DNA of 64,000 nucleotides, taken from positions 13,783-77,782 of the forward strand of contig JAUVGH010000004.1 of NCBI GenBank assembly GCA_030593885.1, given 5' to 3'. This DNA is from Methanomassiliicoccales archaeon (lineage in GTDB: Archaea > Thermoplasmatota > Thermoplasmata > RBG-16-68-12 > SOIM01). The notes under the pieces are model-generated. The model ran no database searches. It was not told the DNA's origin and saw only the letters and a list, made by a program, of their open reading frames with translations. Positions 11,401 through 19,036 of the stretch are shown piece by piece (positions within the stretch are counted from its first letter, which is position 1; each line of letters opens with the position of its first letter). The translations under genes were made by a program, and so were the position numbers.

Positions 11401-13192
11401 GGCGTACGTGCTTGACATCATCAACAACGACCTGACCGGCGTCCAGAACGCCATATACCTGGAAGAACCGGTCTATGGGGACGACATGTTCACCGTGGGC
11501 GTGATCAACATCCAGCAGAACAACTTCCTCGACCTCACCGGCAACGGCGTATACATTGACTACGTGTATTGGGGCCTCATGGATCTGAACATCAACAACA
11601 ACGTCTTCAGGGGCGATCCGCTTGCCTACTACGGCGTCACCTTCTTCAACCTGAACTATGCGGATTGGAACTCCATAAGCGACATCGACATCACCAACAA
11701 CGTCTTCGAGGATGGATTCTACGGATTCTACTTCGACTACCAGGGTAGTGGGTCAATGATCACCCTGAACATGGACAACACCCGCGTCACGAACACATTA
11801 TACACCTTCTACTTCAACGATCCAGTCAGTTCCAGCTCGGATGTGATGAACGTGAAGATCAAGAAGAGCACCTTCACCAATTCACAGCTTTCGTTCTTCT
11901 ACATGGACAATCCGGGATACGGTCTCTTTGTTGTGACCATAACAGACTGTCATGTAGTGAACTACGGTTCGCTCGGAGGCTACGGATTCTACATGGCTTC
12001 TAATGATGGTGCGTTCATCCGAATGGATGTCTATTCGACCGAGTTCGTGGGCAGCTCGTCCAGGCTTGGCGATGCTTTCGCAGGAAGTGGTCAGCTCCTC
12101 CTGAACTTCTGGTACATCGACGGCATAACGTCAGGTGTATCCAACAGCTGGAACCAGAGGATACAGGTCCTCTGGGATGTGGACGTTCAGGTTTACGTTG
12201 GATACGACTTCAGCACGACCGCCGGACCCGGCATAGTCGTCTACGTGAACGACCAGTTCTGGTACCAGAGCTTCTACACCACAACCAACGCGGCTGGAGC
12301 CGTGCCAGGCGAGACAGTTGCAGGAACTCTCATAACCTACAGTGGCACATCGTTCAGCGGTCAGGCCGTACATACCTTCTGGGCCACACAGGGACCGTTC
12401 TCCGGTAGCGCAGTCGGTGCATTCAGTGCGAATGGGAGCATCGCGATCCTCCTTCCAGGAGACAACGACGGCGATGGTCTCCACGACGGAATAGACATTG
12501 ACGACGACAATGATGGCGTTCCAGACATCTACGACGACTTCCCATACGATGCCACCGAGATCAGGGACACCGACGGTGACGGAATCGGAAACACCAATGA
12601 TACTGATGACGATGGCGACGGAGTGCCAGATATCGTGGACGCATTCCCGGAGAACCCATCCGAATGGAGCGACATCGACGGTGACGGCGTCGGGGACAAC
12701 ACCGACATAGACATTGACGGCGACGGAATTCCCAACATCGTCGATTCAACCCCATACAACAATACAGGATTCCAGGACAGCGACGGTGATTCAGTGGAAG
12801 ATCCGATCGACGTCTTCCCGTACAACCCATTCGAATGGTACGACCATGACGGTGACGGAATCGGCGACAACGCGGACGATGATGATGACAATGACGGAGT
12901 GGTGGACGAGGTCGATCTCTATCCGTTCGATCCTACAAGAACGGATGCAAGGGCCGACGAGCAAGTCAACATCGACATCAACAAGGGCACTGACTATGTC
13001 ACAATACTGTCCATCATCTTCATCGGTGCGATCGTGATCTTCTTGTTGTTGTTCGTCTTTGGTCCCAAGAGGAAGGAGGAAGACGAGGGAACCGCTTCAA
13101 TGCCCGAGGAAGAAGAGGCTCCAGCAGATAGCGACGACCTGTCCACGGAACTGGACGATATTCTGGGAGAGGAACCTGAAGAAGAGCTCTGA
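5492..13192 (+). CDS. Giant (2566 aa) membrane-anchored beta-helix surface protein, paralog of the upstream gene
   Basis: Signal peptide (RRVIFVAVFALFAFAALMVMSSEPAEA), same repeat units, TSP3-like DxDGDG repeats, C-terminal TM plus KRK and acidic tail. GTGAT RBS-like motif before the ATG; an alternative start lies at 5513. Confidence 0.88.
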   Translation: MEEEAESMSEIVVERSFRRVIFVAVFALFAFAALMVMSSEPAEAYTVVATETWIAPTSLNEDLIIAPGGVLNLQSELYMQLAFTGQYQVRVQAGGTLNMDGGTITRDPLWPPVYYSFYLDVGSTGSFVNSQVSYAGGGSMGMWIETSALTFDGFTVSDGEFAGIMYSSDLGGFTMTGSNVVNNAGVGIYISDSTAPDYVFNFLGNTRIVNNIQVGVYTEPLTGTNLAMNFQSSQVAGHMAGIYIENVANGNVVMDFQSSLIENNDMMANLWIDQVANGDVTITAFNTHFDSSDQGYGIVLGTLGSPIVTTNLLISLDQSFVNDNGDSGIYVSSVNDGWMDLDFTDTQVNGNGWFFGSDGIYLPMVAPGNDLYFGALRSSFSNNAGSGIFFAGANPGRMYIDIDFCDFFVNGAEGLDIGFITQGGLDLGVRNSWIEGNGGEAIFVRGLNGGSATIVVDNNSFNNSYSAIYFLGTLETIPGTSGTFTFTFTNNWLNADWSQYGVHFASNVQFFDEILITVDDNYFWGMESRSYGLFFDGVVRGDLNFWQNLTISISGNEFVGLDESAVFFNQPIFGFRNIDITISNNFLWDTDFDYDFGFVFWAIMGDTDLDLNLNVISNNNVYDTLGSYPFYIHVESFRHVYMEFSNNDFFGNGFTQYGIILDGFEYGATGELSDTVLIFDNNELYDLTTWGIYVSTLGMPVSKDLSMTFTNNHFNGTTYGTFFVGVHFGGQFYYTSAEDGSYSLLMDNNEFLGLQETGVYFDSSISDFSDVNIDFRNNLFENRMNNIWMDYGINFASGIGFSDVNRASAFTLTLESNQFYDLNNDAFVVTSTIGGFRNVTFVVERNVFENRVSNYMEFGINIWGGFYYDTNDYDNFLYYSIRENTFRDLNQDGIRFDSWSATYGFRHVDIQIHDNVFENQMDPNNLNNGIYWYYEVFYSTSMYDSSLNIDITGNIFNDISQDGIAFRNNWGWEFGQFANATVNIQDNVFINSVSGGMDNGIYLRPIWIDRMDLDNSLSITIVNNTFDSLMVDAIHFADFSGREFEGYRNVNVLISQNVFYNTYGNWMDNGVVLQGFEYWDSSYANTLYIEISNNDARDLTAQGISIGGQIYYYSTVEIITHDNYFSDVYNNFDRGIYFTGSIFYTTDNDGYFHFTSVRNEFFDLMSIGVHFGGSVYDFRNVTIQIQDSIFVNSISNWMDHGVYFQDVYHNDDSYDNSFVLMITNNRYENLTAYGFRVNQIYNFRNVDIDILDNYYSDVYNNFDYGVYFDSGIYGNTPYDGSFLLTIAGNTFLDLSTRGVYFSNDIGDFRNVLIVVDNNIFRNTLSNWMDDGIYFNYIYYDDFDYVSSFQLDMTNNIFENLSYSGVRIADELYYYRTVLFNIINNQFSSTYSSFDYGFYLNSDIYYTTMYDSDLTINVFDNTIHDMSNMGIRFGSFYDYRNVTITVNNNDFRSTISNWMDYGMYISEAEYGVYLDYTNFYLTVTNNNFGNMTQYGFVIYDIYEYRFVTIDVLNNYVSDMYNNLDIGLYIGDDIGLSDPSSDGVLRINIINNEVRNLYWWGTGIYFEDMYNFRQVFVTVQGNNFYNVQQYSRTGYGIYLNDFYYDSDAYDTYLWADVSNNHMESMYQEGITIYEIYGYRTVYLDFLDNSFSDMFNDFNYGIYLYEIYYNTDYDSTLSLNVLRNTFTDLSSYGFYSYEIYDFRNVWIAIEYNDFTNTISNWMDYGVYISYIYYDTQIHDSYLYFDMNFNTFQNLSNRGLYISEIWDIRNVIMNFHWNQFSDIYDSFNYGVYIGNTYYTDAFPGTYYLGVNNNSFNDLTSQAFRINSVEEFTYTDMIIRDNDFSRSDNGFYISDGVSYSNNWYIFFTKNNGDDMDSYMLYLGSNSYGDDGDVANIIVTENTMSGSWDGFYLGEIYYYDLSNMVLIENNVMLDMRNGYGIEFGWYAENDAYILIQGNTITGNMWAAMYFSGFEDQAYVLDIINNDLTGVQNAIYLEEPVYGDDMFTVGVINIQQNNFLDLTGNGVYIDYVYWGLMDLNINNNVFRGDPLAYYGVTFFNLNYADWNSISDIDITNNVFEDGFYGFYFDYQGSGSMITLNMDNTRVTNTLYTFYFNDPVSSSSDVMNVKIKKSTFTNSQLSFFYMDNPGYGLFVVTITDCHVVNYGSLGGYGFYMASNDGAFIRMDVYSTEFVGSSSRLGDAFAGSGQLLLNFWYIDGITSGVSNSWNQRIQVLWDVDVQVYVGYDFSTTAGPGIVVYVNDQFWYQSFYTTTNAAGAVPGETVAGTLITYSGTSFSGQAVHTFWATQGPFSGSAVGAFSANGSIAILLPGDNDGDGLHDGIDIDDDNDGVPDIYDDFPYDATEIRDTDGDGIGNTNDTDDDGDGVPDIVDAFPENPSEWSDIDGDGVGDNTDIDIDGDGIPNIVDSTPYNNTGFQDSDGDSVEDPIDVFPYNPFEWYDHDGDGIGDNADDDDDNDGVVDEVDLYPFDPTRTDARADEQVNIDINKGTDYVTILSIIFIGAIVIFLLLFVFGPKRKEEDEGTASMPEEEEAPADSDDLSTELDDILGEEPEEEL

Positions 13193-13323
13193 GGAAAGAT
13201 CTCTCCCGAAGCACACTGGATAGCTGGGCTCAGCTTGCCCCTTCCAGAGACGCTCTCAGACTCGAATCCGTAGAATAGGATTAAATACAGAATCTGGTAT
13301 CTTAGCAAACCCAGGCGAAAGGC

Positions 13324-13842
13324 ATGGCTAACAAACCCGGCAGGATGTACCGACAGATGAAGGGTAAGGCGTATACCCGCAGGAAGTACATGGGAGGCGT
13401 TCCAGGGAACCGCATAGTCCAGTACGAGATGGGCAATAAGACGGGGGTGTTCCCTCTTGAGATCAACCTTATCGCCAAGGAGGCCTGCCAGGTCAGACAC
13501 ATGTCCTTGGAGGCCGCCCGTATCGCAGCCAACAGGTACATCCAGAAGATGGCTGGATTATCCAATTACTACCTCAAAATAGTCGTGTACCCGCATCACG
13601 TCCTCAGGGAGAACAAGGTGGCCGTGGGTGCAGGGGCCGACAGGATATCCGACGGCATGAGAGGCTCCTTCGGCAGCCTGGTGGGAACAGCTGCGAGGGT
13701 CCAGCGCGGCCAGACCATCATAACCATCAGGACGACCGACAGCAACATCAAGCACGCCAAATCGGCTCTCAGGAAGGCTGGGATCAAAGTTCCAACTCCC
13801 TGCAGGATAGAGGTCCTCAGGGACGGCAAACCGGCCGCATGA
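13324..13842 (+). CDS. rpl10e: 50S ribosomal protein uL16 (L10e)
   Basis: KPGRMYR...AYTRRKYMGGVP, LEAARIAANRY, YPHHVLRENK...GADRISDGMR. Confidence 0.97.
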   Translation: MANKPGRMYRQMKGKAYTRRKYMGGVPGNRIVQYEMGNKTGVFPLEINLIAKEACQVRHMSLEAARIAANRYIQKMAGLSNYYLKIVVYPHHVLRENKVAVGAGADRISDGMRGSFGSLVGTAARVQRGQTIITIRTTDSNIKHAKSALRKAGIKVPTPCRIEVLRDGKPAA

Positions 13843-13887
13843 TGAAACTGGGCAAGTTTATTATCGACCAACTCATTTTGGGCATTA

Positions 13888-14694
13888 ATGAAGGGCAGAG
13901 AGATTCTCAACCTGGTTGATCTGGATATCGAGGATTGGACCCTCTACGGATTATTGGGTCAGCGATTGTCCCTTGTCAGGAAGAAAGTGACCCTTCCCCC
14001 CATGTTCATCATCTCAAGTTCGGTCTTCAGGGATCTGGTCGAGGACGATGGCATGCCCGATGGAAAACACATTCCATGGGAGATCGAGATGGACATCGCC
14101 AAGAGGCTCGATGAGCTGGAGTCACCAGTTGCTAGGATCCTCTCGAGTGCCTCATACGAATATTCTCCGCCTCCTTTCTCCACGGCCGAATCCAAGTCCA
14201 GCGCCATTGTGGCTGTGGACTCGCTCATGAGATCGTTCTATGGAGATGAAGAGGTCAAGATCAGGGAGCGGATGGGGGTCCCTCAGTTCGACCTGTCCAT
14301 CATCATCCAGAAGCTCTTCGACCCGAAGTCCTCAGGGCGCCTCACCCAGTCAGAGAAGGACACCAGGATCATCGCTGTTCACGGCCTTCCATTGAATCTC
14401 GAGGACGCGGACAGCTTCATCGTCAATACGGAGGGAGAGCAGACCTATCACGCCAACGCAGAGCAGCAGAAGAAGTGGGTGCTGGGCGAGAATGAGGTTG
14501 AGCGCATTGATGTCGAGGAGGATTCGTGGGATGCCCACAAGCTGACCGAGACGCAGGTGTCCAGGTTGGCAACTCTTGGAAAGAAGATCCTGGAAGAGTG
14601 CGGGGAGGAGATGGTGGTGGAATGGTATCTTGTGAGGAACTCCTTCTACGTGGCATCTCTCTACCCCACCAAGATCGTGGTAACGGAGCGCTAG
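13888..14694 (+). CDS. Stand-alone, degenerate PEP-synthase/PPDK N-terminal (ATP-grasp-like) domain protein
   Basis: LPPMFIISS, ILSSA, SIIIQKLFDPKSSG, AVHGL, LT..QV..LA.LGKKI and VEW match the PpsA N-domain motif order; no phospho-His or PEP-utilising C-terminal domain. Confidence 0.6.
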   Translation: MKGREILNLVDLDIEDWTLYGLLGQRLSLVRKKVTLPPMFIISSSVFRDLVEDDGMPDGKHIPWEIEMDIAKRLDELESPVARILSSASYEYSPPPFSTAESKSSAIVAVDSLMRSFYGDEEVKIRERMGVPQFDLSIIIQKLFDPKSSGRLTQSEKDTRIIAVHGLPLNLEDADSFIVNTEGEQTYHANAEQQKKWVLGENEVERIDVEEDSWDAHKLTETQVSRLATLGKKILEECGEEMVVEWYLVRNSFYVASLYPTKIVVTER

Positions 14695-14697
14695 AAG

Positions 14698-15834
14698 ATG
14701 GAGGAGAAAGGAGCGAGCTTCGAGAAGGCAATGGAGGAGCTGGAGGAGGCGCACGGGAAGGACTTCTTGTTTGAGGGCGGTCGGGTGCTCGGGTCCATGT
14801 GCACCAAGCCCCTGAACGGCTCCGTTGACGTTCATTCCAGGTTCATAGAGTCCAATCTGGGGAATCCGGGACTGTATCCAGGCACCAAGAAACTCGAGGA
14901 GAAGATAGTCTCAATGGTCTCTGGGCTCCTGCACGGTGATGGCATTCACGGACAGGTGCAGGCCGGCGGAACCGAGAGCAACATCGTTGCAGCTTGGATA
15001 GCCAGGAATGTTTCGGGGAAGAACGAGGTCGTCTACTGCGAGAACGCTCATTTCTCGATGCTGAAGGCATGCGACGTTCTGCGGATGAAACCCGTGGAGG
15101 TCGGTCTTAACGAGAATTACGAGATGGACGTTGGAGAGGTCGAGGACAAGATCACGGATGACACGGCTATCGTTGTCGCATCTGCTGGTTCAACGGAACT
15201 CGGGGCGATCGATCCGATCGAGCAACTGTCGGATATATGTGGGGAGAAGACATTCCTTCATGTGGATGCTTCCTTTGGAGGGTTCGTCATACCATTCCTG
15301 GAAGAGCTTGGATATCCCACCAGGCCCTTCGATTTCCAGTTGGACGGAGTAAGTTCAGTTGTACTGGACGGTCACAAGATGGGCATGTCGACCATACCAT
15401 CCAGCGTCTTCCTGCTGAGGAAGGGAGAGGACCTTCGAAGCATTGCTGTGGAGTCCCCGTATCTCACCAGCCTTCATTCAACCTCATTACTGGGAACTCG
15501 AAGCAGTGCTGGAGTTGCTGCGTTGTACTTCGCAATGAGAACCCTGGGCAGAGAAGGCTACCGCAACATCGTCAAGACGTGCATGGATAACACATCGTAC
15601 CTGGCCAGTGAGGTGAAGAGGATTGGTCTTGGCGTCCCGATAGAGCCGGTCATGAACATATGCGGAATACTCGTTGATGAGCCTGCAAAGGTGCGTGAAG
15701 AACTAGATGGTAAGAACTGGAAAGTGTCGATGTCAAGGCATCCTGATTGTCTCAGGGTTGTTGTAATGCCACATGTCACAAGGCAGGTCATAGACCTATT
15801 CATTCACGATTTGGAGGATGTGATCGGGGGCTAG
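14698..15834 (+). CDS. mfnA: PLP-dependent L-tyrosine/L-aspartate decarboxylase (MfnA family)
   Basis: VLGSMCT, NLGNPGLYPGT, GGTESN, HVDASFGGF, DGHKMG (PLP lysine). Confidence 0.92.
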   Translation: MEEKGASFEKAMEELEEAHGKDFLFEGGRVLGSMCTKPLNGSVDVHSRFIESNLGNPGLYPGTKKLEEKIVSMVSGLLHGDGIHGQVQAGGTESNIVAAWIARNVSGKNEVVYCENAHFSMLKACDVLRMKPVEVGLNENYEMDVGEVEDKITDDTAIVVASAGSTELGAIDPIEQLSDICGEKTFLHVDASFGGFVIPFLEELGYPTRPFDFQLDGVSSVVLDGHKMGMSTIPSSVFLLRKGEDLRSIAVESPYLTSLHSTSLLGTRSSAGVAALYFAMRTLGREGYRNIVKTCMDNTSYLASEVKRIGLGVPIEPVMNICGILVDEPAKVREELDGKNWKVSMSRHPDCLRVVVMPHVTRQVIDLFIHDLEDVIGG

Positions 15835-15873
15835 TGTGATGTATGGCCGTATGGAAATGAAAGGAGGGTTGTC

Positions 15874-16707
15874 ATGACGGAGCTAGTTGGATACTTGGTG
15901 CAGGACCGCATTGACTACAATAGCCTATTCCAAGGACGGTATTGGGATGACTTCAGTCCATATGGGGCCTTTGCGACAATTGGTTGGTGGCCAGGAGAGG
16001 ATGACAGTCCCAGTCAGAAGAGCGAGTTCATTGAAGAGGCCATGTCAGTGTATGATCGACTCCGCAGGAAAGGGTGCCAAGACATCTTGATGGCCATGAC
16101 CCTCCTCAGCGATGCCTTTGACGGATATGAATTGAAGTACTTGGACAGAGAGACGTCTCCCACGTCACTCGAGGATTGGCTTGCTCTGGCTGAAGTGTAC
16201 GATGAAAACGAGATCAGAGACAGAGATTTCAGGGAGAGACACAAGCCTCAGGGAGGAGATCTTTCCCGAAAGGCAGCCATCCGCCAGGCGATGAAAGAGA
16301 TAAGACGTGTTGAGAAATCGAGGAAGCAGTTGGGTAACCTAGAGAAGATCAAAATCCGTGAGATAGCGAAGATTGACCCAGAAGGATGGTTCACTTCAGC
16401 TGCCGGAGTTCTGAGGAAACTGGAAAAAAAGGGAACACCACTCATCAAGCGCGATTTCAAGAGGCACAAGGCACAGTACAAGGCGATCATGTCGAATGGG
16501 ATGGACAAATTGCGGAAGCGGGTGGATGAGGAGAGAGAGATTGGAGACAGAGATTTTAGGGAGAGACACAAGTCTCAGGAAGGAAGGATTATGGGGTTCA
16601 TAAGAGGCAAGAATGACTCAACCGAGGTCGAAACTAAAGGCGTATTAGCAGTCGCTAGAATTCGAAGCGATTTGGAGAATGTCTCTGGGGGTAAGGTTCA
16701 GCCATGA
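15874..16707 (+). CDS. Hypothetical protein with an internal 16-aa repeat
   Basis: 277-aa ORF with GGAGG RBS; its stop overlaps the dph2 start (ATGA); no recognisable family. Confidence 0.55.
   Translation: MTELVGYLVQDRIDYNSLFQGRYWDDFSPYGAFATIGWWPGEDDSPSQKSEFIEEAMSVYDRLRRKGCQDILMAMTLLSDAFDGYELKYLDRETSPTSLEDWLALAEVYDENEIRDRDFRERHKPQGGDLSRKAAIRQAMKEIRRVEKSRKQLGNLEKIKIREIAKIDPEGWFTSAAGVLRKLEKKGTPLIKRDFKRHKAQYKAIMSNGMDKLRKRVDEEREIGDRDFRERHKSQEGRIMGFIRGKNDSTEVETKGVLAVARIRSDLENVSGGKVQP
16210..16584 (+). repeat. 48-bp direct repeat (16210-16257 and 16537-16584, 5 mismatches)
   Basis: GAGATCAGAGACAGAGATTTCAGGGAGAGACACAAGCCTCAGGGAGGA vs GAGATTGGAGACAGAGATTTTAGGGAGAGACACAAGTCTCAGGAAGGA. Confidence 0.9.
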
Positions 16708-17687
16708 TTTCAGACTGGGAGATCCAGAGGATTCTGGACGAGATCGAAAGGAGGGGATCCAGAATCGTCGTCCTCCAGTTACCTGAAGGTCTGAAGAAGG
16801 ATGCTGCCAGGGTGGCTGGAAAACTCGAAGAAAGAGGGAATGTCACGGTGGTCGTCTCTGCGGATCCGTGCTACGGGGCCTGCGACCTGACCGCCTTCCG
16901 CGGGGATTTACTGGTCCATTTTGGTCACGCACCTATTTCCACTCCAGATGAGGACGTGTTGTTCATCGAGCTCTCTTCCGACTTGGACCTTCTGCCCCTG
17001 CTTGAGGAGGCTCTGCCCAAACTGAAGAAGTCTGTCGCCATCACAGCCGCCATTCAGTACGTTCCTTCTTTGCCAACCGTCAAAGGATTCCTGGAACAGA
17101 ATGGTCTGGAAGTTCATGTCGGTGAAGGAGACTCCAGAGTTGCTTATCCCGGACAGATCTTAGGATGTAATTTCTCTGCTCCGAAAGCGGTCTCTGAGAA
17201 TGTAGAACAGTTCCTGTACGTTGGGGAGGGCAACTTCCATCCCCTTGGAATATCCCTGGCCACTGGAAAGGACGTCCTGGTCGTCGATCCGGAGATGAAC
17301 GAGATCAGGAACATGGCCGAGTTCCGGGACAGGATCCTCAGGCAACGGCATGCCATCATCACCGACCTGGACTCCGCCTCCTCGTTCGGAATCGTCGTCT
17401 CATCCAAGAGCGGTCAGAACCGGTTTGGTTTGGCTCGCAAGATAAAGGAGGACCTTGAGAAGAACGGGAAGAAGGCAGTCCTGTTCCTGCTGGACAATCT
17501 CAATCCAGACAATCTTCTCGGTCTTGATGTGGACGCTTTCGTCTCTGTGGCGTGTCCGCGTATCGCTATCGACGACTATGCTCAGTACAAGAAGCCGATC
17601 ATTACACCTCCGGAGGCCGAGATTGTCCTGGGTGAGAGGAAGTGGGAGGATTATGCGTTTGATGAGATTGTTGGTATTGACAAGTGA
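16704..17687 (+). CDS. dph2: Diphthamide biosynthesis enzyme Dph2
   Basis: LQLPEGLK, PCYGACD, HFGH, GQILGC, ACPRIAIDD (three Fe-S cysteines). Confidence 0.95.
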   Translation: MISDWEIQRILDEIERRGSRIVVLQLPEGLKKDAARVAGKLEERGNVTVVVSADPCYGACDLTAFRGDLLVHFGHAPISTPDEDVLFIELSSDLDLLPLLEEALPKLKKSVAITAAIQYVPSLPTVKGFLEQNGLEVHVGEGDSRVAYPGQILGCNFSAPKAVSENVEQFLYVGEGNFHPLGISLATGKDVLVVDPEMNEIRNMAEFRDRILRQRHAIITDLDSASSFGIVVSSKSGQNRFGLARKIKEDLEKNGKKAVLFLLDNLNPDNLLGLDVDAFVSVACPRIAIDDYAQYKKPIITPPEAEIVLGERKWEDYAFDEIVGIDK

Positions 17688-17728
17688 GAGAAACGTTGAT
17701 ATGATTCTGACTCGTTTGGAGGGGAAGA

Positions 17729-18469
17729 ATGCCTAGAGATGTGTCAGGCAAACAAACTGAAATAGCGCTGGCCGTCAAATCATCTTCATCAGTGCTTGGC
17801 TGGGGGCTTTTCATCACCATCACACTTTCCCCCGCGTTCATGATTCTTGGGCTGATTGTCGATTCTCTCCTCTGGTATGTACCGGTCTTCCTCACCTTTG
17901 GTCTGGTCGCTGTTTACCTCCTCATGCGACGTCGAGTATTCAAGTTGAAATATCAACTTTGGATTGATGCCGAGGTATACAATCCTGACTTGGACACCAT
18001 GTATCTGGTAGTGTCCGCCGGAATATTCGGATTCATTCTCCTATGGCTGAGTATCATTCTTATACTTGGGTCTGCTGCGGCGGAGTATTACTGGCCGAAT
18101 ACTGTCATTGGAACCACTGCTGTGCCCTGTGTCGTACTCATCGTCTATCACATTGCTGCAAAGCGTCGTAAAGAGAAACTGAAAGGTATGCGAATCAGAT
18201 ATGTTCGCGTCAATGAGAAGGATGCAGTCAACATCATTGAGAAGGCGCTCAACGACCTCGGATTAGATTATCAGAAGGCTACAGAAGGCTCCAAATCGAC
18301 AAAACTGATTCCTACTTTGAGAATCCAAGAGGCCAGATTGGATATTAGGATCGTTCAATCTGGAATCAACACTTCACTCATAGAATTGAAAGAAGAGGTT
18401 GGAGTTGAGGTGCCCAAAATGAGAAGTGTCGAGAAAAGCATAGACATATCGTTGGAGATGAAGGGATGA
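17729..18469 (+). CDS. Hypothetical membrane protein (about 4 TM plus soluble C-terminal domain)
   Basis: Four hydrophobic segments; visibly more AT-rich than neighbouring genes. Confidence 0.65.
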   Translation: MPRDVSGKQTEIALAVKSSSSVLGWGLFITITLSPAFMILGLIVDSLLWYVPVFLTFGLVAVYLLMRRRVFKLKYQLWIDAEVYNPDLDTMYLVVSAGIFGFILLWLSIILILGSAAAEYYWPNTVIGTTAVPCVVLIVYHIAAKRRKEKLKGMRIRYVRVNEKDAVNIIEKALNDLGLDYQKATEGSKSTKLIPTLRIQEARLDIRIVQSGINTSLIELKEEVGVEVPKMRSVEKSIDISLEMKG

Positions 18470-18510
18470 TCGGTTGCTGTCTTGAGATTTGACACTTTCT
18501 AAAATCAGAT

Positions 18511-18520
18511 ATATTTATAC
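18511..18520 (+). promoter_or_regulatory. Probable TATA box for the queDCE operon (leaderless-type spacing)
   Basis: ATATTTATAC ends about 24 nt before the queD ATG. Confidence 0.5.
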
Positions 18521-18543
18521 CATCTCGTCTTATCTACAACAAC

Positions 18544-19014
18544 ATGGAAATCCGCATCAATGGATGGGACGCTGGGATAAGGTTCTCGGCAGGTCATTTC
18601 GTGCCCCGTCACAAGAAATGTGAGCGAATGCACGGGCACGTCTACGGCATAAACGCGGTCATTGTGGGGGAGCAGGACGAGGACGGCATGATATTGGATT
18701 TCTTGGAGGTCAAGAAGACCCTCAGAAAGTTCGCGAACGAGCTGGACCACCGCGTGATACTGCCGGGTAAGAGCGACTTGGTCAAATTGGAGGTCGGTGA
18801 CGATGTTCAGGTCCGGGTGGGCGACAAGAGATACACCTTCCCAACCACCGATGTCGTGATACTGGACACCCCCAACACGAGTGCGGAGGAACTTTCCAAA
18901 TACCTACTCAAGAGATTCCTGGAAGAGGTCGAACTGAACGACCGGATCAAAGAGATAGCAATAGGGGTCGACGAAGGTCCTGGTCAGGGGGCCTTTGCGA
19001 GAAAACGCCTCTGA
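18544..19014 (+). CDS. queD: 6-carboxytetrahydropterin synthase (QueD/PTPS)
   Basis: FSAGHF, CERMHGHVY, LDH, TSAEEL; adjacent to queC and queE. Confidence 0.9.
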   Translation: MEIRINGWDAGIRFSAGHFVPRHKKCERMHGHVYGINAVIVGEQDEDGMILDFLEVKKTLRKFANELDHRVILPGKSDLVKLEVGDDVQVRVGDKRYTFPTTDVVILDTPNTSAEELSKYLLKRFLEEVELNDRIKEIAIGVDEGPGQGAFARKRL

Positions 19015-19036
19015 AACTGATATGTGAAGTGTTGGC

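Noticed and set aside
582-12891. Many long antisense and alternate-frame ORFs over the giant genes (e.g. 9728-10942, 404 aa)
   Set aside because: Shadows of the strong AAC/GAC/TAC/ATC codon bias; V/D/E-rich with no motifs.
3-13192. Diversity-generating retroelement (AAC/TAC-rich paralogous repeats)
   Set aside because: No reverse transcriptase in the window, both copies are coding, and mismatches are not adenine-specific.
13193-13323. Short hairpins upstream of rpl10e (AGCTG/CAGCT, GAGA/TCTC)
   Set aside because: Stems are too short to call an RNA or terminator without covariation.
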